From an uncultured Acidobacteriota bacterium (GTDB lineage: Bacteria; Acidobacteriota; Vicinamibacteria; Vicinamibacterales; CAVVIG01): a DNA stretch of 64,000 nucleotides. The translations under genes and the position numbers were made by a program. The notes under the pieces are model-generated. The model saw nothing but the letters and a program-made list of their open reading frames with translations. It was not told where the DNA came from and searched no databases. Positions 41,797 to 51,026 of the stretch are shown piece by piece. The first letter of the stretch is position 1; the number at the start of each line of letters is the position of its first letter. The stretch is taken from positions 170,661-234,660 of the forward strand of contig CAVQJU010000014.1 in assembly GCA_963712905.1 (NCBI GenBank), in the 5' to 3' direction.

Positions 41797-42965
41797 GGCG
41801 TCACCTGCGACTCGTCACTTTTGATGCTGACCCGGCTGCCGGTCACCAGGCGCAGGTGGCCGTCCGTGACGACGGTCTCGGATGGTTTGAGACCGCTCTT
41901 GATCACCGTATCCAGGCCGGCCGTCCGCTCGACGACCACGGCCCGGTATTCGACGGAATGGTCGTCCTTGACGACGTACGTGTACTGACCCTGCTGGCCG
42001 ACCTGAACCGCGGCGGTTGGGACGACGACCGCCGTGGGGTCCTTCGTGAGCGCGACGATCACGTTGACGAACTGACCCGGCCAGAGACGGCGGTCCTCGT
42101 TGGTAAACGTGGCTTTGATCTTGATGGTGCCCGTCGTCTGGTCGACGTTGTTGTCCACGAACGTGATGTGCCCGTGCGACGACGCCTGATTCTCGCTCGG
42201 TGGCTTCGCTTCGACGGCCAGCGTGCCAAGCGAGATGAAGTGCTTCAGCTCGGGCAGCCGCGCCTCCGGGACGGAGAACGCCACGTAGATCGGCGCGACC
42301 TGGTTGATGACGACGAGCGGGGACGTATCCTGGGCCCGGACGAGGTTGCCTTCGTGCACCATGAGCGCCCCGGTGCGTCCGGCAATCGGCGACGCGATCG
42401 TCGCGTACTGGAGCTGCACTTTCGCGTTCTCGACCGCGGCGCGATCGGCTTCGACCGTCGCCTCGAGCGCCGCCGAAGTGGCGCGGCTCGTGTCGACCTG
42501 CTCCGTCGTGGCGATGCCGCGGCCGGCGAGATCGGCGTAGCGTTGCGCGACGGATTTTGCGTTTGCCGCCTGCGCGATGTCGCGCTGCAGGTTCGCCTCG
42601 GCAGCCAGCAGCGCGGCCTCGAGCGGACGGCGGTCCAGCGCGAAGAGCACCTGGTCTTTCGCGACGTCGTCGCCTTCCTTGAAATTCACTTCCCTGAGCT
42701 GCCCGGTGATCTGCGCGTGCACGGACACCACCGAGTACGCCTCGACCGAGCCGATCACGCGGATTTCGATCGGCATCTGCTTCTGAACCACCTGCGCCAC
42801 GGTGACCGGCACCGTCGGCTCGCCCCCGCGCCCGCCCCGGCCGCGGCCGCCGCCTCCGCCACCAGGCGGAGCGGAAGCGCCTTCGCCGGAACACGCCAAC
42901 GTGCCGAGGGCGCAGGCGAGGAGCGCGCCGTGGGTGAGGTAGAGGAGACGTGGGACACGGGTCAT
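41793..42965 (-). CDS. RND efflux periplasmic adaptor (MFP) lipoprotein
   Basis: Lipobox LGTLAC. Biotinyl-lipoyl-like hairpin (VHAQITGQLREVNFKEGDDVAKDQVLFALD, IASPIAGRTG), coiled coil and beta-barrel. ATGA overlap with the RND gene. Confidence 0.9.
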   Translation of the reverse strand: MTRVPRLLYLTHGALLACALGTLACSGEGASAPPGGGGGGRGRGGRGGEPTVPVTVAQVVQKQMPIEIRVIGSVEAYSVVSVHAQITGQLREVNFKEGDDVAKDQVLFALDRRPLEAALLAAEANLQRDIAQAANAKSVAQRYADLAGRGIATTEQVDTSRATSAALEATVEADRAAVENAKVQLQYATIASPIAGRTGALMVHEGNLVRAQDTSPLVVINQVAPIYVAFSVPEARLPELKHFISLGTLAVEAKPPSENQASSHGHITFVDNNVDQTTGTIKIKATFTNEDRRLWPGQFVNVIVALTKDPTAVVVPTAAVQVGQQGQYTYVVKDDHSVEYRAVVVERTAGLDTVIKSGLKPSETVVTDGHLRLVTGSRVSIKSDESQVTP

Positions 42966-42969
42966 GGTG

Positions 42970-44187
42970 TTATTCAAATCGCAGCGCGTCGATGGGATCG
43001 AGCGCCGCGGCCTTTCGTGCCGGATAGAAGCCAAAGAAGACGCCAATCGCCGCCGCGAATCCGAACGCGATGGCGACGGCGTCGGTGGACACCGCGGTCG
43101 GCCAGCCCTGCCAGAGCGTGACACCCTGCGAGAGGCCCACGCCGAGCGCGATGCCGATACCGCCGCCGAACAAGCTGAGCACGACCGCTTCGACGAGGAA
43201 CTGGAGCAGCACGTCGCGGCCCCGCGCGCCGATGGCCATGCGCAGGCCGATCTCGCGAGTCCGCTCCGTGACCGAGACGAGCATGATGTTCATGATGCCG
43301 ATGCCGCCGACGAGCAGCGACACGCCCGCGATGCTCGCGAGCAGCGCCGTCATGGTCTGGGTGGCCTCCTTGCGGACGTTGGCCATTTCTTCGATCGTCC
43401 GGACCATGAAGTCGTCCGGGTCGCCGGGCTGGATCTTGTGGCGGACCCGAACGAGCGACGCGATGCGATCGGCCAGGGGAGCGACCTCGCTCGCCGAGAT
43501 CGCCGACACCTGCACCTGCTGGATGAACTGCACGCCGCGGATCTTTTTCATGACGGTCGTGTACGGCGTGAAGGCCACGTCGTCCTGATCCTGGCCGACG
43601 CCGGACTGGCCCTTCGAAGCCAGCACGCCGATGATCGTGAACGGCTGATTCTGCACGCGGACCACCTGGCCGACCGGATCGACGTCCGGACCGAATAGCT
43701 CATCGCGCACCACGCTGCCGATCACGACCACCTTCGACGCCGTCGTCACGTCGATCGGCGTGAAAAACGCGCCCTCGGCGATCTGCCAGGACCGGATGAG
43801 CGGGAAGTCCACGTCGGTGCCCTGGAGCTGCGTGTTCCAGTTCAGGTTGCCGGCCACCATCTGGCCGCGCGTATTGAGTCCCGCCGCCGCGTACTGCACG
43901 CCCGGAAGCTTGGCGATTTCCGCCGCGTCGTCGGGCGACAGGGTGCTGGCGTTGCCCTGACCCTGCCGCACGCCGCCCTGCGTGAAGTTGCCCGCCTGCA
44001 CGATGATCATGTTGGTGCCCGCCGTCTGAATCTGCGCCTCGATCGACGACTGCGCCCCCGTGCCAAGGGCCACCATCGTGATGACCGCGGCCACGCCGAT
44101 GATCATGCCCAGCATCGTGAGCGCCGTTCGCATTTTATTGCGGTTCAGCGCTTTGAGCGCCACGCGGAAGATCATGATCACTGACAT
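42970..44187 (-). CDS. MacB-type ABC transporter permease (FtsX domain)
   Basis: C-terminal 405 aa of ORF 42970..44994, from MSVIMIFRVALKALNRNKMRTALTMLGMIIGVAAV. Periplasmic MacB_PCD, then FtsX 3-TM (..ERTREIGLRMAIGARGRDVL..). Confidence 0.9.
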   Translation of the reverse strand: MSVIMIFRVALKALNRNKMRTALTMLGMIIGVAAVITMVALGTGAQSSIEAQIQTAGTNMIIVQAGNFTQGGVRQGQGNASTLSPDDAAEIAKLPGVQYAAAGLNTRGQMVAGNLNWNTQLQGTDVDFPLIRSWQIAEGAFFTPIDVTTASKVVVIGSVVRDELFGPDVDPVGQVVRVQNQPFTIIGVLASKGQSGVGQDQDDVAFTPYTTVMKKIRGVQFIQQVQVSAISASEVAPLADRIASLVRVRHKIQPGDPDDFMVRTIEEMANVRKEATQTMTALLASIAGVSLLVGGIGIMNIMLVSVTERTREIGLRMAIGARGRDVLLQFLVEAVVLSLFGGGIGIALGVGLSQGVTLWQGWPTAVSTDAVAIAFGFAAAIGVFFGFYPARKAAALDPIDALRFE

Positions 44188-44201
44188 GCCGTAAGACTCC
44201 C

Positions 44202-44960
44202 TCAGACCGCTTCCGCAGCCGGCTGCTGAGCCAGCGCTGCCATTTCGTCGCCGGCCATCCGGCGTTGCGTGACCGGCTTGTCCGCCACGACGAGCCCGTC
44301 GCGGAACGTCACGATGCGCGTGCCGTATTCCGCGATGTCGTGCTCGTGCGTGATGAGCAGCACCGTGATGCCGCGCTCGCGGTTGAGCCGCTGAAAGATG
44401 TCCATCACCTCGATGCTGGTTTTCGTGTCGAGGTTGCCCGTCGGCTCGTCGGCGAGCAGAATCGACGGGTTGTTCACGAGGGCGCGCGCGATCGCGACAC
44501 GCTGCTGTTGCCCGCCCGACAGCTGGTTCGGATGGTGGTCGGCGCGGTTGCCGAGTCCGACCGCCGTCAGCATGTCGAGCGCGCGCTTGTGGCGGTCCGC
44601 AGTTTTCGGCGCGCCGCCGCCGTACAGCATCGGCAGTTCGACGTTGTCGAGCGCCGAGGTCCGCGACAGCAGGTTGAAGCCCTGGAACACGAAGCCGATC
44701 TTCTTGTTTCGCACCGCCGCGAGCTGGTCCTTCGACATGCGCGAGACGTCGTCGCCGTCGAGAAAATACTGGCCCGACGTCGGACGGTCGAGACACCCGG
44801 CGATATGCATGAACGTCGACTTGCCGGAACCGGATGTGCCGGTGACGGCCAGAAACTCGCCTGGCTCGACATCGAGGTTGACACCGCGAAGGGCCCGCAC
44901 TTCGATCTCGCCGACCACATAGGTCTTGACGAGGTTCTTGACCGAGATGACAGGTGGCAC
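44202..44960 (-). CDS. MacB-type ABC transporter ATP-binding protein
   Basis: Walker [10 protein letters not shown], signature LSGGQQQR, Walker [13 protein letters not shown]-loop ITHE. Confidence 0.9.
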   Translation of the reverse strand: MPPVISVKNLVKTYVVGEIEVRALRGVNLDVEPGEFLAVTGTSGSGKSTFMHIAGCLDRPTSGQYFLDGDDVSRMSKDQLAAVRNKKIGFVFQGFNLLSRTSALDNVELPMLYGGGAPKTADRHKRALDMLTAVGLGNRADHHPNQLSGGQQQRVAIARALVNNPSILLADEPTGNLDTKTSIEVMDIFQRLNRERGITVLLITHEHDIAEYGTRIVTFRDGLVVADKPVTQRRMAGDEMAALAQQPAAEAV

Positions 44961-44962
44961 CG

Positions 44963-46783
44963 TCAGCGTCCTCGTCCCCCGCCGGGGAAACCACCGCCGA
45001 ACCCGCCCGGCCCGCGGCCGCCCTGCTGGAACGGATTGCCCGCGGCCGCTGCGGCGGGCCGCGAGGACGCCGGCAGCACGATGCCGGTCACGACCTCCGT
45101 GCCCTGCTGTACTTCACCGGCGAGGAGCTCGGTGTTCGTGCCGTCCGTGATGCCCAGCCGGAGGCGCACCTGCTTGAGCTGTTTCTGCTCCGACACCCAC
45201 ACGCGTCCCTGAGAGACGGCCGCCGGCAGGGGAGCGAAGAGAGCATCGATCGTCGTGGCGGCAGGCACCGTCGAGCCGCCCTTCGCCGTCGTCTTGGCCC
45301 CCTTGCCTTTGGGCTCGGGGGCGATGGCCTTCTCGAAGGCCGTCGTGTCGACGCCGCGCTCCTTCATGCGTGCGATGAACTGCGCCTGCTCGTCGGGCGA
45401 CATCGCTTTCAGCCGCTCGAGCATGCGCGCCTGGCGATCGCCGCCGTCAGTGCCGCCGCCGAACCCGCCACCACGGCCCTCGCCGAAGCCCCCGCGGCCG
45501 GAGCCTGGTGCACCATCACTGGTGCCGCCGCCGCGCGCCTTGAGCGACGGGGTCGTTTCAGCGGGCCCCTTCGGCTTGTCCGATGGCGCGGAAGGCGCCG
45601 CCTTGGGCGCCGCCCCCGGAGACGATGTCGATGTCGATGACGTTGATGACGGTGACGCCGCCGGCGGCGCCGCTTCGGGCGTCGCGCCCGCGTTGCGTCC
45701 GCCAAAGCCGCCCTGGCCGCCGGCATTACGACCGCCGCGGCCGCCCTGCGCTTCCGCCGGCACCGGCTGGTTCAGCGCCGCGAACATCTCGGCGGTCGGG
45801 CGGAAGCGGAGTGCCGCATTCGGCACGCGCAGGACGTCCGCACGCCGGGCGATCTGCACGCGCAGGTTGGCCGTCATCCCCGGCTTCAGCTTCAACTCGG
45901 GGTTGGGCACGTTGATGATCGTCGCGTAGGTCGTCACGTTCTGGACGACGACGGGCTGGAGCCGGATCTGGGCGACCGAACCCTGGAACTCTTCGCCCGG
46001 ATATGCGTCTACTCTAAACGTCACGTTCTGCTGCGGCCGGATGCGGCCGACATCGGCCTCGTCGATGTTGGCATTCACCTGCATCTTCGTCAGGTCCGCG
46101 GCGATGATGAACAGCGTCGGCGCCTGCATGCTCGCGGCCACCGTCTGGCCGACGTCCACGCTGCGCTGGATCACGATGCCGTCAATGGGCGCGTTGATGG
46201 TGCAGTGGTCGAGGTTGACCTGCGCCTGGCTCAGGCTCGCCTGCGCCTGGACGACAGACGCCTGGGAGGAGTTCTGCGCGGCAATCGACGATTGCAGCGC
46301 CGACTCGGCCGTGTCGACGGCCAGCTTCGAGGAGTCGAGGTCCTGTTGCGTCACGAGCTGTTTGGCGGCCAGCTCCTTCGCCCGTGTGTACTTCTGCTGC
46401 GCGTCGACGAGCCCCACGCGATTGCGGTCGACGTCCGCCTTCGCTCGCGCCACGTCGGCCTGCGCCTTGAGCAGGTTCGCCTTGGACTGGTCCATCTGCG
46501 CCTGGAACAGGGAGGGATCGAGCCGCGCGATGACCTGCCCCTCCTTCACGATCGAGTTGAAGTCCGCCCCCAGCCAGCTGATGTTCCCCGAAACCTGGCT
46601 GCCCACCTGCACCGTTGTCACCGCCTGAAGCGTGCCGGTCGAGCCGACCGTGTCGATAATCTCGCCGCGCGAGATCATCGCCGCGTTGATCTGGACTTCG
46701 CCTCCGCCCCGGCGCAGGTAGTACGCGCCGGCCGCGCCTCCGACGACGGCGAGGACGAACAATACGAGAAACGCGCGCTTCAT
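44963..46783 (-). CDS. MacA/HlyD-type periplasmic adaptor with a long Gly/Ser/Pro-rich insertion
   Basis: N-terminal TM, lipoyl hairpin (VGSQVSGNISWL....EGQVIARLD / INAPIDGIVI), long coiled coil and beta-barrel. A low-complexity tract of well over 100 aa follows (GGRGGRNAGGQGGFGGRNAG...), and the protein ends in a Gly-rich tail. Confidence 0.85.
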   Translation of the reverse strand: MKRAFLVLFVLAVVGGAAGAYYLRRGGGEVQINAAMISRGEIIDTVGSTGTLQAVTTVQVGSQVSGNISWLGADFNSIVKEGQVIARLDPSLFQAQMDQSKANLLKAQADVARAKADVDRNRVGLVDAQQKYTRAKELAAKQLVTQQDLDSSKLAVDTAESALQSSIAAQNSSQASVVQAQASLSQAQVNLDHCTINAPIDGIVIQRSVDVGQTVAASMQAPTLFIIAADLTKMQVNANIDEADVGRIRPQQNVTFRVDAYPGEEFQGSVAQIRLQPVVVQNVTTYATIINVPNPELKLKPGMTANLRVQIARRADVLRVPNAALRFRPTAEMFAALNQPVPAEAQGGRGGRNAGGQGGFGGRNAGATPEAAPPAASPSSTSSTSTSSPGAAPKAAPSAPSDKPKGPAETTPSLKARGGGTSDGAPGSGRGGFGEGRGGGFGGGTDGGDRQARMLERLKAMSPDEQAQFIARMKERGVDTTAFEKAIAPEPKGKGAKTTAKGGSTVPAATTIDALFAPLPAAVSQGRVWVSEQKQLKQVRLRLGITDGTNTELLAGEVQQGTEVVTGIVLPASSRPAAAAAGNPFQQGGRGPGGFGGGFPGGGRGR

Positions 46784-46840
46784 GAGTCTCCGTTCAGCTC
46801 GGACGCGCCCGTGGCCGGCGTCCGCGGCGGCGCTCGCCGT

Positions 46841-48559
46841 TTACCGGCCAACCACCGTGATGTTGAGATTCTGCAGCGTCGTGCTCTGCAGCCGATCCAG
46901 TTCGACGAGGGCCTTCCGGTAGTTCAGCACCGCCTGGAGCTCGTTGTTCTGCGCGGTCGCCAGCTGGTTTTGCGCCTGGACCACGAAGTAGTTGGTGGAC
47001 ATGCCGACCGCGAACTTGCTGTTCTCGGCGTTGAGCTGCTGCTGGGCCAGCTCGCGCGCCACCTGGGCCGCCTGCACGCGCTCGCCGTTGCTGCGGACGT
47101 TGATGGCGGCGTTGGTGACTTCGGTGGCCACCTGCAGCTCGATCTGCTTGAGCTGCGCCTGCACCTGGCTGAGCTGCACCTGCGCGCGGGCGACGGCCGC
47201 CTTCTGCGCGCTGATGCCGAGGGGGTAGCTGATGTTCACGCCGACGGTCCAGCGCGGAAAACCGCCCCCGAACATTGACGACAGCGAGTCGCCGTAGCCT
47301 CCGGGAATGGTGCTGGTGATAGGCGCGTCGCCGCCGATCCCGCTGCCCGATCGCACCAGCTGGGTGCCCCCGACGCCAGACAATCCGTAGGTTGCCTGAA
47401 GGTCGGCCTGCGGCTTGGTCTGGTCGTCGAGATACTGCAAGGTGACATCGTTGGCCTGGACGTTCTTCTGCGCGATCAGCAGGTCCGTGCGCTGGCTCAG
47501 CGCACGGCGAATCGCCCCCTCGATGTCGATCGTCTCGGCGCGGAAGTCGGGCCGGTCAACCGGATCAATCGTGGCGTTCCAGTTCGGATCCTGCGTGCCG
47601 TTGACGATGAGCCGCTTGAGCGCGAGCTCGGTGGTCCGTTGCGTGGCCTGCGCCGTCACGAGGTTCTGCACCGACGTGGCGGCCTGGGCCTGCGCCTGCA
47701 CGACGTCGATCGGCGCCATCGTGCCGATCTGCACGCGCGTCTGGTTGTCCTCGACCAGCTTGTTGGCGAGGTCGACCGACTGCCGCGAGATCTCGACCGA
47801 CTGGACCGCGAACACGTAGTCCCAGTACGCGTTCCGGACGTTCGAGAGCGTGTTAGTAATCGTCGAGGTCAACTGGACGTCCGAGACGTCGCGATTCAGC
47901 TTGGTGACCTGGAGCTGCTGACGAGTCGAGTCCGTCTTGAAGCCCCGCAACAGCGGCTGGAGATACTGGCCGGACCAGATCGGGGTGTACGCCGGGTTGT
48001 AACGGCTGATCTGTGCGGTGCTCGTGGCCCGCTGGTTGTTCAGGTTGACCTGGAAACTGCCACCACCCCAGGGCACGCTCTGGGCGATGCCGCCGTTGAA
48101 CGTGCCGGTGCCGTTGGTGACGCCCGACCCGATGGTACCGCCCGTGATGGTGTTGGTGGACGGGTTGGTGAGCGACTGGGACGCAATGGTGGAGACCACG
48201 CTCGGGTAATACACGGCGCGTGCGCTGGCATACGCGAGATCGCTGATCTGGGGGTTGAGCCGCTGCACGGCGATGTCCAGGTTGCGATCGAGCGCCAGCT
48301 TGACGGCCTCGTCCAGCGTGAGCGCCACCTTCGGGCCGCTCGCGGGCGCCGTCGTCTGGCCGCCTTGCTGGGCGGTGGTCGGGGCAGAGGTCTGTCCCGA
48401 GGCGACGAGCCGCGCGGCCTGCTGCGCCAGATCGCGGACATGTTCATCGCTCGCGCGCTGTTGCGCGAGAACCGGGGCGGGGGTTGCGGCCAGCCCCATG
48501 GCGAGGGCGGCGCAAACCAACGTCAGCTTCGAATAGGTCACAGTCATCGTCTTCTTCAT
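46841..48559 (-). CDS. TolC-family outer-membrane efflux protein
   Basis: Signal peptide, LTLDEAVKLALDRNLDIAVQRL, and a duplicated coiled-coil/beta-strand TolC architecture. Confidence 0.85.
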   Translation of the reverse strand: MKKTMTVTYSKLTLVCAALAMGLAATPAPVLAQQRASDEHVRDLAQQAARLVASGQTSAPTTAQQGGQTTAPASGPKVALTLDEAVKLALDRNLDIAVQRLNPQISDLAYASARAVYYPSVVSTIASQSLTNPSTNTITGGTIGSGVTNGTGTFNGGIAQSVPWGGGSFQVNLNNQRATSTAQISRYNPAYTPIWSGQYLQPLLRGFKTDSTRQQLQVTKLNRDVSDVQLTSTITNTLSNVRNAYWDYVFAVQSVEISRQSVDLANKLVEDNQTRVQIGTMAPIDVVQAQAQAATSVQNLVTAQATQRTTELALKRLIVNGTQDPNWNATIDPVDRPDFRAETIDIEGAIRRALSQRTDLLIAQKNVQANDVTLQYLDDQTKPQADLQATYGLSGVGGTQLVRSGSGIGGDAPITSTIPGGYGDSLSSMFGGGFPRWTVGVNISYPLGISAQKAAVARAQVQLSQVQAQLKQIELQVATEVTNAAINVRSNGERVQAAQVARELAQQQLNAENSKFAVGMSTNYFVVQAQNQLATAQNNELQAVLNYRKALVELDRLQSTTLQNLNITVVGR

Positions 48560-48590
48560 CCTCAGAAAGAACGCAAAAAGTGAGTCGCGG

Positions 48591-49043
48591 CTAGGGCTTC
48601 TGGGCGTTCGGAGGCCTGCCGGCCCGTTCGCGTTCGGCCTGCGCCAACTTGACCCGCTGTTCAGGCGTCAGCACCTGCCGATGGTGGAGCAGCAGCAACT
48701 GCCGCGCCTTGTTCATGCGGCCGCGGATGGCTTCCACTTTGTCGATCTGCCGGGTCACCAGGGCTTCGTCGGCGCTTGATTCTATGAGACGAGATAACTC
48801 GGCCTCATGGCGCTCCAGGTCGTCCCGGCCCTTGCGCAGTTCGGGAAGGACGGCCTGGAAGATGGCCTCGAGGCGGTTCACCTGGTCGGTCGACAGCCCC
48901 AGATTCTTCTGGTACTGCTCTGAACGCCACCACGCGAATCGCTGGGGAGGGTTCGGACCCTGGGGCGGCTGAGCCACCACCGGCCAGGCTCCTCCGAGGA
49001 GGAGGCCGGCACAGAGGACTGCCCGCCCAATCTGCCGTCGCAT
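48591..49043 (-). CDS. periplasmic Spy/CpxP-like (LTxxQ-motif) protein
   Basis: Signal peptide MRRQIGRAVLCAGLLLGGAWPVVAQ. Two LTxxQ-like motifs (LSTDQ, LTPEQ) in a helical protein. First gene of the efflux string. Confidence 0.65.
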   Translation of the reverse strand: MRRQIGRAVLCAGLLLGGAWPVVAQPPQGPNPPQRFAWWRSEQYQKNLGLSTDQVNRLEAIFQAVLPELRKGRDDLERHEAELSRLIESSADEALVTRQIDKVEAIRGRMNKARQLLLLHHRQVLTPEQRVKLAQAERERAGRPPNAQKP

Positions 49044-49119
49044 CAGAAAGACCTCAAGAACGGGGAAAAGCACACGAAACCCGCGAATCTAATGGAAATA
49101 CGATGGCAGCGGCCCTTTT

Positions 49120-49144
49120 GTTTAGCGCTGTTTAGCGCTGTTTT
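49120..49144 (-). promoter_or_regulatory. tandem 10-bp repeat upstream of the efflux operon (candidate operator)
   Basis: GTTTAGCGCT twice (49120-49129, 49130-49139), then GTTTT. Each unit contains the palindrome AGCGCT. It lies 77-101 nt upstream of the CpxP-like ATG. Confidence 0.35.
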
Positions 49145-49161
49145 GACGCCCGTGGGCGGGG

Positions 49162-50358
49162 TCAGGCAGCCGGCCCGGCGAATCCGGCTAGCCTGGCCAC
49201 GACGGCGCCCATCAGGTTGTCCGGCGTGGAGGCCCCGGATGTCAGGCCAATCGCAACCGGCCCGGCGGGCGGCAACCAGGGCGTTGTGGATACCTCGGCC
49301 TTGGCCCCGACGGGCCGGTGCCGGATTTCCCCGGCCGAGACCAGGCAATCGGGGTCGGCGATGTGGAAAGTCGGCCGGGACTCGGCGCAGATGCGGGCCA
49401 GGTTGCAGGTGTTGCTGCTGTTGTAGCCGCCGATGACGATCATCAGGTCGACCTGCCGTGTCCCCAGCAGCGTGACCACCGCGTCCTGGCGGTCCTGCGT
49501 CGCGCTGCAGATCGTGTCGAATGCCTGAAAATGCGCGCCGAGAGCGTCCGCGCCGTGCCGCTCGAGCATCGCCGCCCGCAGCATCTCCCCGATCTCGAGC
49601 GATTCCGACATCAGCATCGTGGTCTGGTTGGCCAGCCCGATGCGCTCCAGGTCGCGGCCTGGCTCGAACCCTGACGATGCCGCGCCGCCGAAACGCTCGA
49701 CGAACGCGGACCGGGCGGCTTCGTCCATCGGGTCACGACGCCTGATGAAATCGCAGACGCGCTCGGCTTCGTCGCGATCGAACACCACGAGATACCGGCC
49801 GCCATACATGACCGCCTGCGAGGCGGTGGCCTGCGTCTCCTCGTGCCAGACCTTCCCGTGAATGACCGACGTGTAGCCGCCCTCGGCGTAGCGGCGGACG
49901 TTCTTCCAGACGTTGAGGACCGAACCGCACGTCGTGTCGATGAGCGTGCAGCCGCGCCGGTCGAGGCGCTCGAGCATGCCGACGGTGACGCCGAATGCGG
50001 GCAGGATCACGACGTCGTCCTGGCCGATGGCGTTGACGCTGGCGTCGTCGTGGCCCATGAACTCGATCCCCATGGCCCGCAGCTTCTCGTTGACGTGCGG
50101 GTTGTGGATGATCTCGCCCGTGAGGAACACGCGGCGGTCGGGGAAGCGCTCCCGTGTCTGGTACGCGTAGTCGACGGCGCGGTCGACACCGTAACAGAAG
50201 CCGAACTCGCGTGCGAGGTGGACGGTCAGGCGGCCCGACCGGAACTCGAAATCACTGGCCTTGATCTGCTCGATGAGGCCGCTGTGATAGTTGTCGGCGA
50301 GCATGCCGGCGACGGCATGCTTGAGGTCGAGGCCCTTGCGGAAGATGAGCGAAGCCAA
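49162..50358 (-). CDS. ispH: 4-hydroxy-3-methylbut-2-enyl diphosphate reductase (long form)
   Basis: FGFCYGVDRAV, GEIIHNP, DTTCG, NQTTM, IVIGGYNSSNT, SGASTP: the IspH/LytB blocks including the three Cys ligand regions. Confidence 0.9.
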   Translation of the reverse strand: MASLIFRKGLDLKHAVAGMLADNYHSGLIEQIKASDFEFRSGRLTVHLAREFGFCYGVDRAVDYAYQTRERFPDRRVFLTGEIIHNPHVNEKLRAMGIEFMGHDDASVNAIGQDDVVILPAFGVTVGMLERLDRRGCTLIDTTCGSVLNVWKNVRRYAEGGYTSVIHGKVWHEETQATASQAVMYGGRYLVVFDRDEAERVCDFIRRRDPMDEAARSAFVERFGGAASSGFEPGRDLERIGLANQTTMLMSESLEIGEMLRAAMLERHGADALGAHFQAFDTICSATQDRQDAVVTLLGTRQVDLMIVIGGYNSSNTCNLARICAESRPTFHIADPDCLVSAGEIRHRPVGAKAEVSTTPWLPPAGPVAIGLTSGASTPDNLMGAVVARLAGFAGPAA

Positions 50359-50369
50359 CGCTCGATCGG

Positions 50370-51026
50370 TTACCGGGACAGGTCGAGCTCGCGCACGTGC
50401 GGCGTGAGCGCATCGAAGGCGACCAGCTCGGAGATGTGCGGCCGATCGAGCGCCAGGTCGAGCGCCGACATGAACACGTCGTCGGCCTCGGCGGCGAGTG
50501 TCGTGGCGGTCGCGGCGGGGGCCGCCGCCATGTGAGTGGGAAGCGTCTGGCCACCGGCCTCGCGCACCGTCCGTTGAACGACGCCCCGGCGTCCGCGCAT
50601 GCCGAACTCGAACCGCGTGCCGAAATCGAAGAAGGTGCCGGCGGCCACGCCCACGAACAACCCGGCGGCCGCGGCGCCGGCGATCCAGCGCATGGCGAGG
50701 CGCGTCGTCGAGGGGTGGGTGCGGCGGGCGGTCGTGCTGCCCGGAAAGCTGATGACGCGAGCGGCCCGGCCGATGGACTCGAGGCGGCGCGCGATCTCCT
50801 GCTGCTGCGCCCGGAGACGATCGGCAGGGAACAAAGCATCGACGTTGGCGTCCGCTTCCTGGCGGAGCGACGTCATGAAGCGCTCGAACTCGGCGTAGCG
50901 CTCGGCGCAGCTCGTGCAGTCGGCGAGGTGTTCAGCCGCGGGCGGATCGAGCGGCTCGCCGCGGCGCTCGGCGAAATAGCAGTCCGACAGCGAATCGTCC
51001 TGGAGGTGCGGCGCGCGAGCGTTCAC
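50370..51026 (-). CDS. anti-sigma factor (zf-HC2 type), single-pass membrane protein
   Basis: HLADCTSC matches Hx3Cx2C. Central TM WIAGAAAAGLFVGVAAGTFF. GTGA overlap with the ECF sigma gene. Confidence 0.7.
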   Translation of the reverse strand: MNARAPHLQDDSLSDCYFAERRGEPLDPPAAEHLADCTSCAERYAEFERFMTSLRQEADANVDALFPADRLRAQQQEIARRLESIGRAARVISFPGSTTARRTHPSTTRLAMRWIAGAAAAGLFVGVAAGTFFDFGTRFEFGMRGRRGVVQRTVREAGGQTLPTHMAAAPAATATTLAAEADDVFMSALDLALDRPHISELVAFDALTPHVRELDLSR

